Shown in pieces: positions 39,637 through 53,299 of a stretch of 64,000 nucleotides of DNA. The translations under genes were made by a program, and so were the position numbers. Origin of the DNA: Catajapyx aquilonaris (lineage: Eukaryota). The notes under the pieces were generated by a model that saw only the letters and a list, made by a program, of their open reading frames with translations, made no database searches and had not been told where the DNA came from. Every line of letters starts with the position of its first letter. Position 1 is the stretch's first letter. Where the stretch lies: positions 62,001 through 126,000 of the forward strand of contig KZ538071.1 in the NCBI GenBank assembly GCA_000934665.2, given 5' to 3'.

Positions 39637-41434
39637 CTGCTGAGGAAAACGAATCATTAGACATAATATGCAGCACTTGGACCTCATTTTAACATGTGGA
39701 ATTCAACCGATTACTCCCCAGCATCAAGTAGATGGAGTTAGTTGCGAGTTGGCAGTATTGCCGAGAGATGGCGTGCATGCTGGGTGGAGGCTACAAGTCG
39801 TAAAATCAGCTGGAGACGAGGCTAGACTAATATTGGACCACCTGAGTAACCCTGTGGGGTCAGGAGTGACGACCTTATACAATAAATAATTTCAGACGAA
39901 ATCTTGTACGAATTGAGGACATTGTTGTTGGTAAGGGGTAAGCACTGAACTTTTGACTACATATCTGTCGGCGGTACCGTATTCTCCACCCCCTGCGGGT
40001 AGGCATATGGAGGTCAACATTGTTCTGTAGGGGTAGAAGACGGATGAAGTGAATGCCTGCAATGAGGCAGGAATAGACTCGGGCAATAAAACTGGATGGC
40101 CTGCCCTGCATTAATGAGCGCTGATGGATTCATGATGAGAGAAGGCGTGGGCGAGGAATTATTTACTCTTCCTTTGACCGAAGCCTTCGCCGCCGGCTCC
40201 CTTTTCGATTCGGATACAGATACTGTGCTGTACATACAAGCACGGGGCTTTCGTCACATCTCATTCATCCATCCCACTAACCCTTCCCATCAGTCCAATA
40301 TAAGAATCCACGCCCAACATTAATCGCTAATTGCACTCCATCCCACCTATAAAGTGGACATGAGCTATTGCACGACACTGTCACAGATATACAAGCTAAC
40401 TGTACGTGGGAAAAGGCGAGTGTACTCTATAGTCCATGTGGGCATAGGAAGTCGGCGGAAACACCTGAGGGTCTGTTCTTGGCCGTGCTTTGTCAGCGGC
40501 CAGGACCTTGTCGGAATAGGCGGACGTGCAGAACGGGCCGATTCTGTACCACCCAGCAAAGAAGCCGCTCTCAACAGCTGTATCTACCTGCGGCATCACC
40601 TGCACCCTGTAGGACCATGCTTTTTCTGCACAAAAACTGTATCGTGAAGAATAAGTTATTTCCAATTTGGCTCAGGTTCGGTTCAGCTTCAGGGTCATTA
40701 GTGGATTCTCTCTGAGCGATGACACATGTGCATCAGGGGGGCTGTTATGCAATTTTCCTTCCAGAGGCATGGGGGTGTAGTGCAGGAATTTCCCAGTGGT
40801 CAGTTCGAAGGATGACGACAGTAAAAAATTGACAATGAAATTATGGAGTCATGTTTCTGTATGGTTTTGTCAGTCAATTTTTATTGTATCATTCTCCACT
40901 TTAGTACTATCCATAAAAGTGATGTCAGCCATTTAAGTTTTTATTTAACCCTCTTTCACGTCAAGCACCAGCGCAGCGCCACTGAATTCTCTAAACCTCG
41001 TCCCTCGTAGTTATTTTAGGATTTTCTAGATCCACATTTGTTTTATTTTATTTTATTTATTTATTTACGATGGTGAAGACGGTGGTGGGTAGGCCTACCA
41101 TTTTTTGAGCTGATGTCAACAACCCCCCATTTTTCCCCCCCTCCGAGTCCAATAATCCATCACACCACCCTCTATCTCTCTCCAGTACCCCATGCCGCTT
41201 TTATGACATCCTTTCTCGATATTAGGTATTGTGACTTTACCAGTGGGAACCAAAATATATATTAAAACACTGCTCATTTCCTTCATGTAGGGGCATGTAA
41301 AACAATTAGCTTCATTTGGCAGAAATCCTTACTGGCAGTAGAAGCTACTAACCACTGAGTTTCCATACCTAATCAATCAGCTAATTAACACATGCAACGG
41401 CGCGAAGGGTAAGAATGGCCAGTGCTTTACCTAC

Positions 41435-41496
41435 CCGCAGTACAACTTTGCAGGCGTAAAAAAACCGGCATAATAATCAACGTTGGTGTCTGGCAT
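41435..41496 (-). CDS. Candidate first coding exon of dys (MPDTNVDYYAGFFTPAKLYC-G); alternative reading 41431..41471 (MPVFLRLQSCTAG-S)
   Basis: An ATG-to-donor segment ending in phase 2 (GG|gtaggt, or AG|gtaaag for the alternative), as the bHLH exon 1.8 kb downstream requires. A minus-strand TATAAA lies at 41664-41659. No homology support; tentative. Confidence 0.3.
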
Positions 41497-44400
41497 GATT
41501 AGATGTCCGGACCATCCATTGAGAAGGTGCAGTGCAGCAAAGAATGCGCGTCACGTGCCTCTAAAATTTGTTGCGGCGACACCAGAGGCCAAAGTCTCCC
41601 GTGGTTCACACACCGACACCTTCTTCCTTTTACTTCCATAATGCGAGAATACTAATCCTTTATACCTGGAGTCTCACGCACACAAGCACCTTCCCTCGGC
41701 CTCACACACGTACACAACCAAGATTCTGGGGCCACCGAAACGGAATATAAATTAAGGGAAGGTTCCAAACCTGTTGCTGCTGGATGGCTGGTATGGCAGT
41801 ATTGTGAGGGTACAGCAGCACATATACGGCGACCAGTTCCATTGCCAAAGCTGAAGTCATCTGGCGTGTATTTTGAGATTAGCAACATACTTAACTGGTG
41901 GGTGGATTCGCCACTGGGCCTCCGAAACCGTGTTTGGCCCATTCATTACCGGAATCCAATGGCCTTCTGCTTGGAATGACCAGCTGAACCCTACACAAAA
42001 GTCGGGGTCGTCTTCATTCCATTCTATGACCTAATGGGCATTATCATGCGAGTGCGTTTTGACCCCGAGTTTTTTTTTATCACGTGGTGTTTTTTTAAAG
42101 AGTGGTTCCCAATTTTGTGAGGTGGTTACAGTGATTGAAATCAAATGTCAGGTGCACACAAATTGGGTTACATTGAATGATTACAGTGAACACGGAAATT
42201 GCTGATGTGACACCCAAAACCACAATTTTTCTCCGTTCAATTGAATATCATATTTTCAGTTAGCATGTTTTGTCTGCAATCATAGCTGGAGTTTTCTACA
42301 ATCATAATAAAACTATACTCTTTCCGTAAAGTTAAGCTCTTCACAATAATGAGCTTTATATAACAAAATTTATGTGATCCGTTATGTGTGCTAAGTTATT
42401 TTCCTAAAATTTTCTCAGGAACTTTCAATGAGTTGAGGCTTCATTATGCAAAGCAAACTACTTTAGAAGCTCATTTTTATATGAAAAATTGAGCTCTGAA
42501 AGCTTGAGAGAAGTATAGCTGTGGGAGTGTGCTTTACAGAAGTAGCAGAATTCGCAAGTGAGGAGTTGCAATCCTGTTTGCGGATTGGCTTATAAAAATT
42601 ATCAGCTTACCCATGCAACCGTTGCGCTACAAGAGGATTATTTTAATAAACAATATAGTGAAACACTAAAACTGGTTAGGTGATCTCAGGCGCAACCGGG
42701 AACTTTCAACACATCCATTGTAAACAATATATCATATCGTGGTATCCTGGGGAGTAATTCAGTAAGAACTGTCACATGCAGCATTTTAAAGAATTGATGA
42801 TGCATATGCCTTTCACACCGACGCGATGTATAAGTAGTCAGTATGGATGTACTGTAGCCCCGCAAAAAGTAACGTACGATGAATCCTTGTCATAATGCCA
42901 CGAGTGCTAGATTTTCTATACCATTGTATTTAAATCCAAATAATAAAAACCACTTATGGGAAAGAAAAAAAAACGCGTGACTTTTCATCAAAAGTGCCAG
43001 TATACCCCTCTAATCAAATTTACTCTCACGTGACACCACAACTTAAGAATGTTAATGAAAAAAGTCCATACAAGTTACGCAAGTCCAGGGGAAAAGAACA
43101 CGTCTAGTAAAATTTGTCTGCACATTTCAGAAATCCACGGTACAGCACAACAGTAAGTGGAACGACCGGGATACTGAGAGAACCCTTGCAGAATATCAAG
43201 TGGGAAAGATGGTCCGTCAGCATGTACTGTATAATGTGGCCATGTGACCGGCGGCTGAGGAATACGAGCGGGAGACTTAAACAATGGGATCGGCATCTGC
43301 TGGAATATCTTAGGGTCTGATCTGGCCTGGCACTAGGGACGGACCGCATGTTGGATATATAGATGGATATGTAGATTAACTATGGAGATGGATGGAGCAG
43401 GACCAAAACATACAGCCTGATACAGTGCATCATATTCATGGTCAAAATTATTGTCAACAATGCTAGGCTACGAGTTCAAATCAGTGAGCTGAAGCAGTGT
43501 TAGAAACCAGCCCTAAAAGCAGATTCAGCCACACCTTGTTTCGTTTCATGATGGATTCTCAAATCACCCTCTCCATCACACCTCTTTCTAAACATCAATC
43601 AACGCCATATCACCCAATGTCACGCCCCAACAATGCTCTCGTTGTCGACAAGGCTAAACAATATCATCTGTTCGGTTCACTTGGGAGTCTTAAGTGGGTT
43701 TAAATTCAATTTGAAAGCGTTTGGCTTAATTTGTGAGTAGAGGAAGAAGAAAAAAAAACGTGCAAGGTGTTGCGAAGCGCTACAGAAGACATGAGAGGAG
43801 CAGAGGTGAATGGGTATTTGGCGGGGATGATGGTGGAGGAGGAGATAGAGGGGCTGACACTCTTTTACCCAAGCATGTAATTTGGGGGAGATGAAAACCG
43901 TGGAGGATGGGGGAAAGAAAGCATTATTCAAGGTGGGGAGAAAAATCAGAGCTGCCTCGCTCCGCCGTTCCAGGTGGGAAAATTGCTCCGGGTTGCTTCT
44001 CCGCCCCCTCACCCCTCCCCCAATGCTCCCCCCTCCACCTCCTCCCCACTCTTCTCATCTCCACCCTATCACTTCTGCACGTGGGAAACGTTCAGCACAC
44101 TGATTGTAATTACGTCATACTAAATCGTTCAACACCGAAATCCACCTTTATCAACAAACTCTACTAACTCAAGGAATTCGGTATATCCTGCAGTTATTTG
44201 ACGCTTAAAACAGTGTTTATAAAACTAATAATAAAATATTTTTAAAAAATTTGAAATTGAACAAACAATGGGGTAGCAATAAATGATGCATTTTTGTGCA
44301 GCACAAAATTCCGGGTATAGGGTCATAATTCTAGGCGCCAGAGTTATATTCTGACGTCCGGTCATGGCCGACAAGGTGCGTTCAGCCATCAACAAAAAAA

Positions 44401-46777
44401 GTGTTCCTGTAGTGCGTAGACTTGACAGCAAACAACAACTTGTCACTAATTGTAAGAAGGATCCGAAATTAAAGCATTATTCTTTGGAGAGACATCACTT
44501 GGCTTCTAATTAGAATTTATGCCAATGTGTGAAGCTTGCCATCACCTCTTAATATATGGTAATCCTTCAGCGAGTGCTGCTGCTGCCCTTGGCACAGCTT
44601 AGCGACTTCATTAGACGAGCTGTATCACAGCATCCCCACGACATGGTACCGGCCCAGCATTTCTTTCCTGCCACTCGTCCTTCCAACTCTAATGCTATAC
44701 CTGAATGATGGCTGTGGAACTCGCCATCAGTTACACTGAGAAGAAATTAATGCAGTGACTTACCAAGAAGGTTTTCAACAAGGATCATGGTAATTTTATA
44801 TGTCGTGACAAGTGTTAGGAGGTAGTATTCCTCTCTAGTCTCTAATTAGGCGCTGAAATTAGCAAATTCCTACTATTGAGGAGATTTGAATTCTAGGAAA
44901 AGTGGTAAAAACAGGTGTACCGGTATGTACCAAGTATTGGGAATATTACATGTTAAGAATTTCCCATCAAACTATAGCACAAATTGCGGTGAGGTTCTAA
45001 CCATCCTAATTTACCTTCATAGTGCTTACCGCATGGTGACACATGCCGTACCATAATGACACTAATTTTTCTTACACTAATATCTCGTGCGTGACCAGAG
45101 GCAAAGGACAAGAATGGTCAAACTCACCTGTACCAACATTTCATCGTGACAATAGTGACATGCGAAAATTCTGGGCACCAACTTGCACAAAATTTACTGC
45201 TCCTTTAGAGGCTAATGGTAAAAATCCTCTACCGAAATCGCAGTCAAGCTGAGAATTTGTTGCAATCGACACCGAAGATGGCCACTACCCAAACTGTCGA
45301 GACACGTAGGCTTAACCTCTTGGGGGGCTAATATGGGCTAGAAAAGCACAGTGATGGCGAGGAGAAGTTAGTGCGCATAATCGGCTCATTAATTACCGGA
45401 TCTAGGTAGACGGAAGCCACCCTTTCGGCAACCGGATCCCAAATAACTCCTCCATAATCACCAGCAACCTGATCCCGAGTTCAAGGCCTAGCCTGGGCCC
45501 TGACTTGGCTGGATAAACTGCCTGACCAGACGGCCATCCTAAGCCTAAGAGTGGCCAGATATGCTGTCCTTTAGGTACATGTTACGTCATTATGTTCAGA
45601 AATGGAGTTGAAAAAGTGCGCTAGAGTCTAAAGGGGTTGCCTGCAGATGATTATTACTTGGGTAGGAGGCAGGCGGATGCAGAAAATGTGAAGTCCGTGA
45701 TGCAGACTCACGACCGGTGAATCTCTGTCGCCAAGGTAAACACATAAACAAGATATGTGACAGCCAGAAGCAGACTTTCCAGCTCATTACGAATGGAGTT
45801 ATTGGTGGAAGTCACAACGCAGCAAGTCCTTCGTCTGGCTACTGTGGGTAAGGACATATAGTACCGCATATTTTTACTCGGCAATAAATTATGCAGATAC
45901 ATCCATCTGTGACATTGCTGTGACACGAGCTAAAATGACTGTTTGTCCCTCTTGCACTGGATGAATTTGATTAATTTTTGAAATACAAGCCAGTGTTTGG
46001 TCTCCAACTGTAAACAACACTAAATGTGAACCGCGTACAGACATCGGCCGTATCCTTTCTAACGTTCCAGCACTCCAGTTTTATATCAAAGGTAAAACAC
46101 AGCATGAGTTTTCCCACCAAACCAGCATCCTTCCATTTTTACCCCTGAGACGAACCTGACCTCTGGCTTCCGCTCAAATTTCAGACTGCACAGTAAATTA
46201 TCCCAAGAATCATCTCTTCTTACATTGAATTCTTAAAAATATGATTCGACTTCATGTAATGTTTTCTTTTGGTATGTTTTGATTCGTGTACAGCCACATA
46301 GGCCGGATTCAGAAGGAAGTAGGACATATGCGGAAAGGCTATTCTTTTCGGTACATGTTATGCTATTGGAGGTTGCTAAACTAGTTTCCAAGCAAGACAG
46401 CCCTGCAGCATTTCGCATGACTTTTTAACCCCACGGAATAAAATGACCCAGCTTGCCGCCACCTGTCGAGTTAATGCGTATATATTAAAACAAAGCAACA
46501 ACAAAAAAAAGTACAAGCACTGTCAATATTAATGGCCAGGGGGGTCCAGAATGTACCGTTCGAAAAGAGATGAGGAGCAGTGTGACTGTTGCCCCAGAAC
46601 CATCCTCCATCTCTGCCCTCCGTAACCTCATCTGCATGTGAATTGAGCTTATTCTTCTCTCTATCCAATCAGTGACGTCGGAATGCTGCACATATTCCGC
46701 GACGTTATTCTAATAAACCCGGAATATGTAAGTGAAATTAATATAAGAAATATCGGCATTTTAAAATGTACAATCAT

Positions 46778-46945
46778 AATTTAATTTGCATTTCGTATTT
46801 TAAAAAAATGTAAAATGAAAATTTAATTTGCATTTCGTATTTTAAAAAATGTAAAATGTAAATTTAATTTGCATTTCGTATTTAAAAAATGTAAAATGTA
46901 AATTTAATTTTCATTTCGTATTTTATAAAAAATGTAAAATGAAAA
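46778..46945. repeat. AT-rich minisatellite, four copies of a ~41-bp unit
   Basis: Unit AATTTAATTTGCATTTCGTATTTTAAAAAATGTAAAATG(T/A)A starting at 46778, 46820, 46861 and 46901. Confidence 0.93.
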
Positions 46946-49900
46946 ATTGAAAATGCCAAAATAGTACATTTTCGAGTGCCAACCGCTATCAGTCGTTTCA
47001 TACACGTAATCTGTAATGTAACAAGGAAATCTAAAGTGGATATGTTCTCCACATCGCTTTCAGAGCATCCAGTACCGGCACATAAAATTTCTGGTGAAAG
47101 CTACACGTCTGTTGCCTCTGAATCCCGTGGGTCGTATCGCATAGGAAACGAGATGTTTTAAGGTTAGGGCTAGGAAATAAAAGGACGCCTTAACCATCAA
47201 AATTCTTGGTGGGAAGATACCAGTAAATGTTGGAAATAAAACCGAGTCTGGGGGGGTGGGGGTACCTAAAAGGTTGTCAGGCGAGGGTTTTACGCCGCCA
47301 ATTAGTGCGCAGAACAGGATGAAAAAGGCCCAAAACTGGAGCGTTTTACAGCTCTCTCACGAACAGACTGTAATGCTCGCGCTCTCTACCTGCATATATC
47401 CCCATCCTTTATTACCTGCACCCATAACAAGGACCGCAACCTGATTTGTCCTCATTACCCTACATAAATAATCACCCACCCTCTTGATATTTATTAATAT
47501 GGACCGAATCATACCGAAATTAAGGCGAATAAAAAAAACCGGACCAAAAATTGTCAAAGGTTGTTCACCTGATAAACTTGAGTATCAACCTGAAATATTG
47601 GCAGCAAGTACAGTCCCACTTTTTTTTTTTTTTTGCATTTCATTTCCTCTGGCTACATCTCTCGTTTCCATATCAATTGATCCTCGCAAGTAAAATGTAC
47701 TGAACACAGTCATTATTACATCACGAATAAAGGATTGGCTCGGTGTCTGAGTGCAGAATGCGATAGATATGGGTAGGAGGGTACGGCATAGCACATATGT
47801 TTGGTACGGAGAAATGGAAGACTAAAAAAAAAAAAAAAGGAGCCCTGATCTTTTGTGAGGCTGAGCCGAGAGAGTAAGAGCCTTGAGCATCAAAGTTGGT
47901 CTGGCGAGCCCATAATTCACTACAGATGAAGCGGAGACAATGCGTAATGCTAGGGCTCGCTCCACTTCCCAACCAACAGCGCTCGCAAATTACCAGCCAC
48001 ATCTCCTGTGTTATGTCTATCTGCTGGACAACCCTTCATGCAAGAACTGAAAAATTCCCCCCCAAAAAATTAAGCAAAAGTTGACAAATATTCGTAAAAT
48101 AATTATCTCAAAAAATTGTTCTTCAATCGAGATGTATATATTAAAAAAAAAAATCTTATATGAAGAAGTGGAGGCACTGGATGTGGTGGAAAGGGTGATG
48201 TACTCTATGCCCTCCAAAGGCCCATATCGCTCAGGTGGGCTGGGCAGGTGAGGCCAATGGGTAGGGGGATGGTGGCAGGGGGGGGGGGGAAGGGGATGGA
48301 TAGATAGAGGTACTCCACTCCCACGGGCAACAAAAAAAAGATGGGAATATATATAAAAAAAAACAAGCGGGAGGCACAACAGAGAAGGTCACTTTCTAGT
48401 CCTCAACTGCCCTCAGCGCTGAATATCATAATCAATTTTTCTGGCATCTCTTTTACAGAACACTATTGATAACACATGTATCAACCCTCAGGTGTCTTAG
48501 CTTTCAAAATGAGGTTTTTAAAGCACGAACTGATTGTCAGTGGTAATAATTAGCCTTTCTCGACCCTGTAACCAAAAGTGTAGGCTGTGAGATTCCTTCA
48601 CGAAGCTCATCAGCAGCATTTATTCTCCAAATGATCATCCGCTGCTGCGGACGTTACGACGACTTGAACGCTGCATTTAGACTGGTACACAAAACCCTAA
48701 CTACACCACTTACCGCATACTTCCAGTTTGCACTGCTCTTATTTTTTTTTTACCTATCTCATTCATGTTTGAGGGAGAGAAGAAAAAAAAATGTGACTGT
48801 GGTTAGGAGATAAGTGCAGGGTGCATTGCAAATAGTGGCCATTTGATGTTTGCCTTGCTTTCCCAAATCACATACTTTGGTCCAATGCAGACAAATCGCA
48901 TCATTTCGGGACTTTTTCCCTGAAAATTGTTGGCAAACTATCGTCTAACCCATGCGGTTCAACCTCAGCCAAAGAGGACCACGTGTCGCCATTATTTTAC
49001 CTCCAACCAAAGATGCCTTTAGCGTCTGGTAAATTTTTTTTTTGCAGTACACATTACTGGCTTACCTTCAACTAAATGAAAATAGTTCTTCAATGTGAAA
49101 TGTGAAAGAATGTACTGAATTCCCGCCCCCCCCCCCAAAAAAAAAGTTGAGCATTACGCAACTATAAACACGGTAGCAATGTAAAGAATTTAGAGAAAAA
49201 CCTTCACCTTGCCAGAGTTATACCATGATAAGTTTGGCATGTAGAAATATTCTGCTACAAAATATATCAATACGTGCCATGAACATCATATGTAAAGCAC
49301 AATAACCGCATAATTTTTTTTTTGTGTGCTCAAAGGCGATTACACTTAAAAAGGGTGAGCTCTCTGACGTGCAGTAAATTCTCCCATGTCCTGTACAAGT
49401 CCGGTTAATTCGATGAGCGACCTTGGTCACGTGGGAAGGAATGTTAAAGGTATGCCTTCCTTGTCACCTATTCCTCCTCCTTNCTCCCCCCCCCCCCCTC
49501 TCCCATTCCTCTGACTACGTCGATCCTTTCTGTATGGCCCTCAGAGGTAACTAATTCCAAATTGTTCTCTTAGGATTCTCCACTTGGGGTTTTGGAATCA
49601 CTCCAAGACTATGTGCAAAAGTGGTAGTGGGGGGTTAAAAAAGGAGGAGGGAGGAAGAATAACTGGCGTATAAAAAGTAGAAGTATTCGTCAGGTGAAAT
49701 TGGAAGTCATTAATTAAACTCCTGAGGGAATTCCGGGATGAGTCGCTTTGTCACTTGTCTACTAGCAGGATTTAATAATTGTGACTGCAGCTCTTCTTCT
49801 TCTTCTTTTTTTTTTACCTTTCTTCTCTGCCAAGTGCCTAGAAGCGTACGAAAGGCGCCCCCTGGCCAATTCGGAGGCGACAATGACTAGTACATTTCGT

Positions 49901-50542
49901 TCTAAATCATAAAAGTCCGTGCCCAACTCATATTATCCTTGTTTCGCCACCATAGGTTAATAAATGGCCTCGAGTATGCTTTTTTCATCACTAATCATTT
50001 TAACCATCATTCTTACGGTCAGGCGAATGAAGTTATAAAATATTTAACGAAAATCGCCGCTGTCATACCGTTATTCCATTTACGTAAGCAGGTGTTTTGC
50101 CTAATTATTACAATGCAAAAATGTTTCATCTATAAACAGTTATTTTTTAAGCTATCGAAGGTGTTTCTGCCTCCTCGAGTATTGGGTGGAATATTCGGTA
50201 AACAAAATTGAATATGGTAACTAAAGTTGTTATTTTCCAACAACAATTTATTTTGCATGATTTTACATTTTGTACAATAAAAGCGAAATTTTTAAATGAG
50301 TCGTTACGGTAATGACAGAAAAATTTTTTATCTAGAAAAGTTTATGGTGAAATGTTATGACATTACAGTATTAATACATACATCGTCAGGGAATGCAGGA
50401 AATTATGGTTGGAATATAACAACTTTCTTTACCATACTCAATTTGACCCTGAGCAAATATCGACCCAAAAACTCAATTTATAAATATGTAGTAGCTACTT
50501 CTGTTTAACTGACTCGGCTTATGACATGTGTATAATATTATA

Positions 50543-51311
50543 CAGTTGACTCGGCCGTATATAACAGACTTCAAGGGACCGCGAAAAAAGTCTGTTATAA
50601 CCGAGGTCTGTTCAGGCCTGGGCAGAGGGGCCAAATAGCCCGGGCCTACGGTGTTGTGGGGGCCTACTTCCACTGGTAGACTGTTTTTTTTTTAAAAAAA
50701 AGTTTTAGGATGCCACTGTACTTTGTAAGTTACATTCACCTAAGCTAGCTAGTGTGACCTTGAACCCCCCCAAAAATTCGCCTTCGGCGGGCTATTTGGC
50801 ATGGGGCCTACAATTCCGATCTGGCTGGGGCCTCGCACCGCCTCTGCACGGGGCTGGGGTCTGTTATAGCTAAATCGCTACTTTTGCAACATATACACAA
50901 GTTTTCTGCTTTCCATGTGCTTATTATACACACTACTGCATTTATTAATGAAACTATCCACAAAAATGTAAAATTAGTCCACCAGTACATTAGCTAGGAC
51001 CCAAAAAAAATCAATGATTTTCTTCTGTCGTCTCCTTGTTGCCAAATATATCAGAAAAATATGATGTTGAGTAACTTACATAAGTAACAGATGGGAAAAT
51101 CACCCCCCCCTCCGATATGGATGGGAAAGAAAGTTGAATGACGTAATCAAAAACAGCATATTTTCCCGCCGAGGGATCAAAAAATGGTTTGTTATAGCCG
51201 AGATGAGGTGAAAATAAGTATGTTATATCAGGAGTAAAAATACACATGGTCTTATGGAAATATGGCCTTCGAGTCCGTTATAACCGCGGCTGTTATATCC
51301 GGAGTCAACTG
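50543..51311. mobile_element. Tc1/mariner (pogo/Tigger-like) non-autonomous element, interrupted by a hAT-like MITE
   Basis: TA|CAGTTGACTC...GAGTCAACTG|TA (10-bp perfect terminal IR), with repeated subterminal TATAAC/GTTATA motifs at both ends. Confidence 0.8.
50613..50856. mobile_element. hAT-like MITE (~244 bp) nested in the pogo-like element
   Basis: TIRs CAGGCCTGGGCAGAGG / CCTCTGCACGGGGCTG (13/16). Direct repeat GGTCTGTT at 50605-50612 and 50858-50865, with one extra G at 50857. Shares ~75 bp of subterminal sequence with the 58240 element. Confidence 0.78.
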
Positions 51312-52214
51312 TATAAACATTTTATCATTTACTGCATTTTATCAAATATTGACCCATATACATCACAGAGTACCAAACTTTCGTAGAAGCAAAACACATT
51401 TTCAAATCCCAACTTGGCTTTTTGGTATCCACCTATTTTTGTTGGTCAGGACAACGAAGGGTTCTCCTATATGTAAGGTAGGCTACCGTAATTAGGGTTG
51501 GTGCAACGGTGGTCAGCTGAGCAGCAAGAAGAGCTACCACATAAAAGCTGGAGAGAGCTTTTGTGGCTTGCTGGCTCGCTCCGGGAAGTGAAAAATGAGC
51601 AGAAAAAGTGGAGGACACGAAAGAGGCGTGCATTGCAATTTTCATCTCGTTCGCCAGCTAGGAGAAAGAAAGAGAAGTATAAGGAAGGAAGGAATCATAT
51701 AAGGAAAAAAAGAATGGTTGGTAGAGGATGCCCCCCATCTCACTTGTTGGCTAGCTTAGGCCCCAACAAGCAAAAGCCCAAGGGTCCCCTCGTAAATCAG
51801 GATGCTGCACTCATTCTTCATTTTCTTCTACCAAATTAAAGCCCGCCTGCTTGCCTCCTTCACTACATCCTTTTTCACCCTCCATCTTCTCACTTCCACA
51901 CTTGAACCACTATCACCTACAATCCAATATGTCACCCCCCCAAAAAAAAATTTTTTTGCTATATTTTTATTCACAATTTTGTGATTTGGCCACATTGTAC
52001 ACATGTGTTTATACTGTATTTTAGTCCGTAGGGGAGTGGGATGAAAAAAGCAGAGGCAAAGCCAACATCCTTCAGGCGAAGGCGTACAAAAAGTGGCCTG
52101 ACTAGTGCGGAGGATGTGCGCCTTAAAATGCAATAACGCACCCAGCTGCACACATTCTCAAAATGGTAATTAACCCTTCCTTTTCTTGTTCCCCAGCGGG
52201 ATTTTTACCCTTCT

Positions 52215-52241
52215 CTTCTTCTTCTTCTTCTTCTTCTTCTT
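52215..52241. repeat. (CTT)9 microsatellite
   Basis: Read directly. Confidence 0.93.
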
Positions 52242-53244
52242 TTTTTTGGGGGGGGACTGGAGAGACGGTAGAGAAGAGCTCCAGGATGGCATTCCACAAA
52301 TTGGGCAAGTTTCTTCGTTATCATAAACTGGCTATTTGGTGGAGCCTGTAGAAAATGTGATCAGTAGAGTCATTCTACGTTCGCAGCACAGGATGTTGAG
52401 GATACGTATCTCGGAGGTTGACCTTTCCATCTCGCCAAACCTCATTTCTCCCTTCCAATAACGGTAACAACCCCCCCCCCCCTCTTTTTTTNCCCCCTCT
52501 TTTTTTTCTTGAGTCCACCTCCACCACCCCCCCTATCCCGCAGCCACCAAAGAAGTGCCAATCTGATGGCCAAAGGTCAAGAGATAAAGAAATGTAACCG
52601 GTTCACTTTGCCCAGTATCCGACCCCTAGGGTCCCATAAAGTGTATTTTTTTGCTCCACCTTCACTGACAGATTTTATTCTCTAAGTCGGTTGGCGAAGG
52701 CAATCTCTTTGCCTCACCAACGGGAATTACAACGCCAATGAAATATGGCACAACTGCCAATTATCGAATATGTAGTATCCGCTATCGTAAGTTTAGCCCA
52801 ATCGTGCGGGTTGTCGCGAAATAAAAACGAGTGTGCATCACAATGATTTTGATTCTATCGCGATTTGCTTCCGTGTAGCTTTAAATACAATGTATCACTT
52901 TATGTGCACAAAGAACATGTATTCTCTGTGGACTTATACTGCAGCAGTGACCTATTCATATTAGGGCATATTTAAGGAAGAAAATATCAAATTGCGAATT
53001 ATTTCTCGTTGAAACTAATTCTGATGCAAATTTTAACTCTCTAAACTACCGTATTTATGTTACTTATAGTGCAAACGAATAATCGCCAGGACCAATCACA
53101 GCCAAGGCACAATATGAGTAGCAGGAATTGAAATTTTACAAATTGAATGCGTCGATATGCAATTACCTCGTTATTGCATAGATCCAGTCTGTCATATTAT
53201 TATCAACATGACCGATTACCTACAAGTATATACTGAAAAGTGTG

Positions 53245-53299
53245 TATTATTTCTATTGCATGAAAGTTAACCGTTAACTTTCATGCAATAGAAATAATA
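53245..53299. repeat. Perfect 55-bp palindrome (27-bp arms, 1-nt spacer)
   Basis: TATTATTTCTATTGCATGAAAGTTAAC-C-GTTAACTTTCATGCAATAGAAATAATA. Confidence 0.95.

Noticed and set aside
45477..45498. GAGTTCAAGGCCTAGCCTGGGC, resembling a B-box or rodent B1 SINE segment
   Set aside because: No A-box, tail, TSD or further similarity; likely coincidence.
46778..46945. Regularly spaced repeats considered as a CRISPR-like array
   Set aside because: Head-to-tail units with no unique spacers, no cas genes, and a eukaryotic context.
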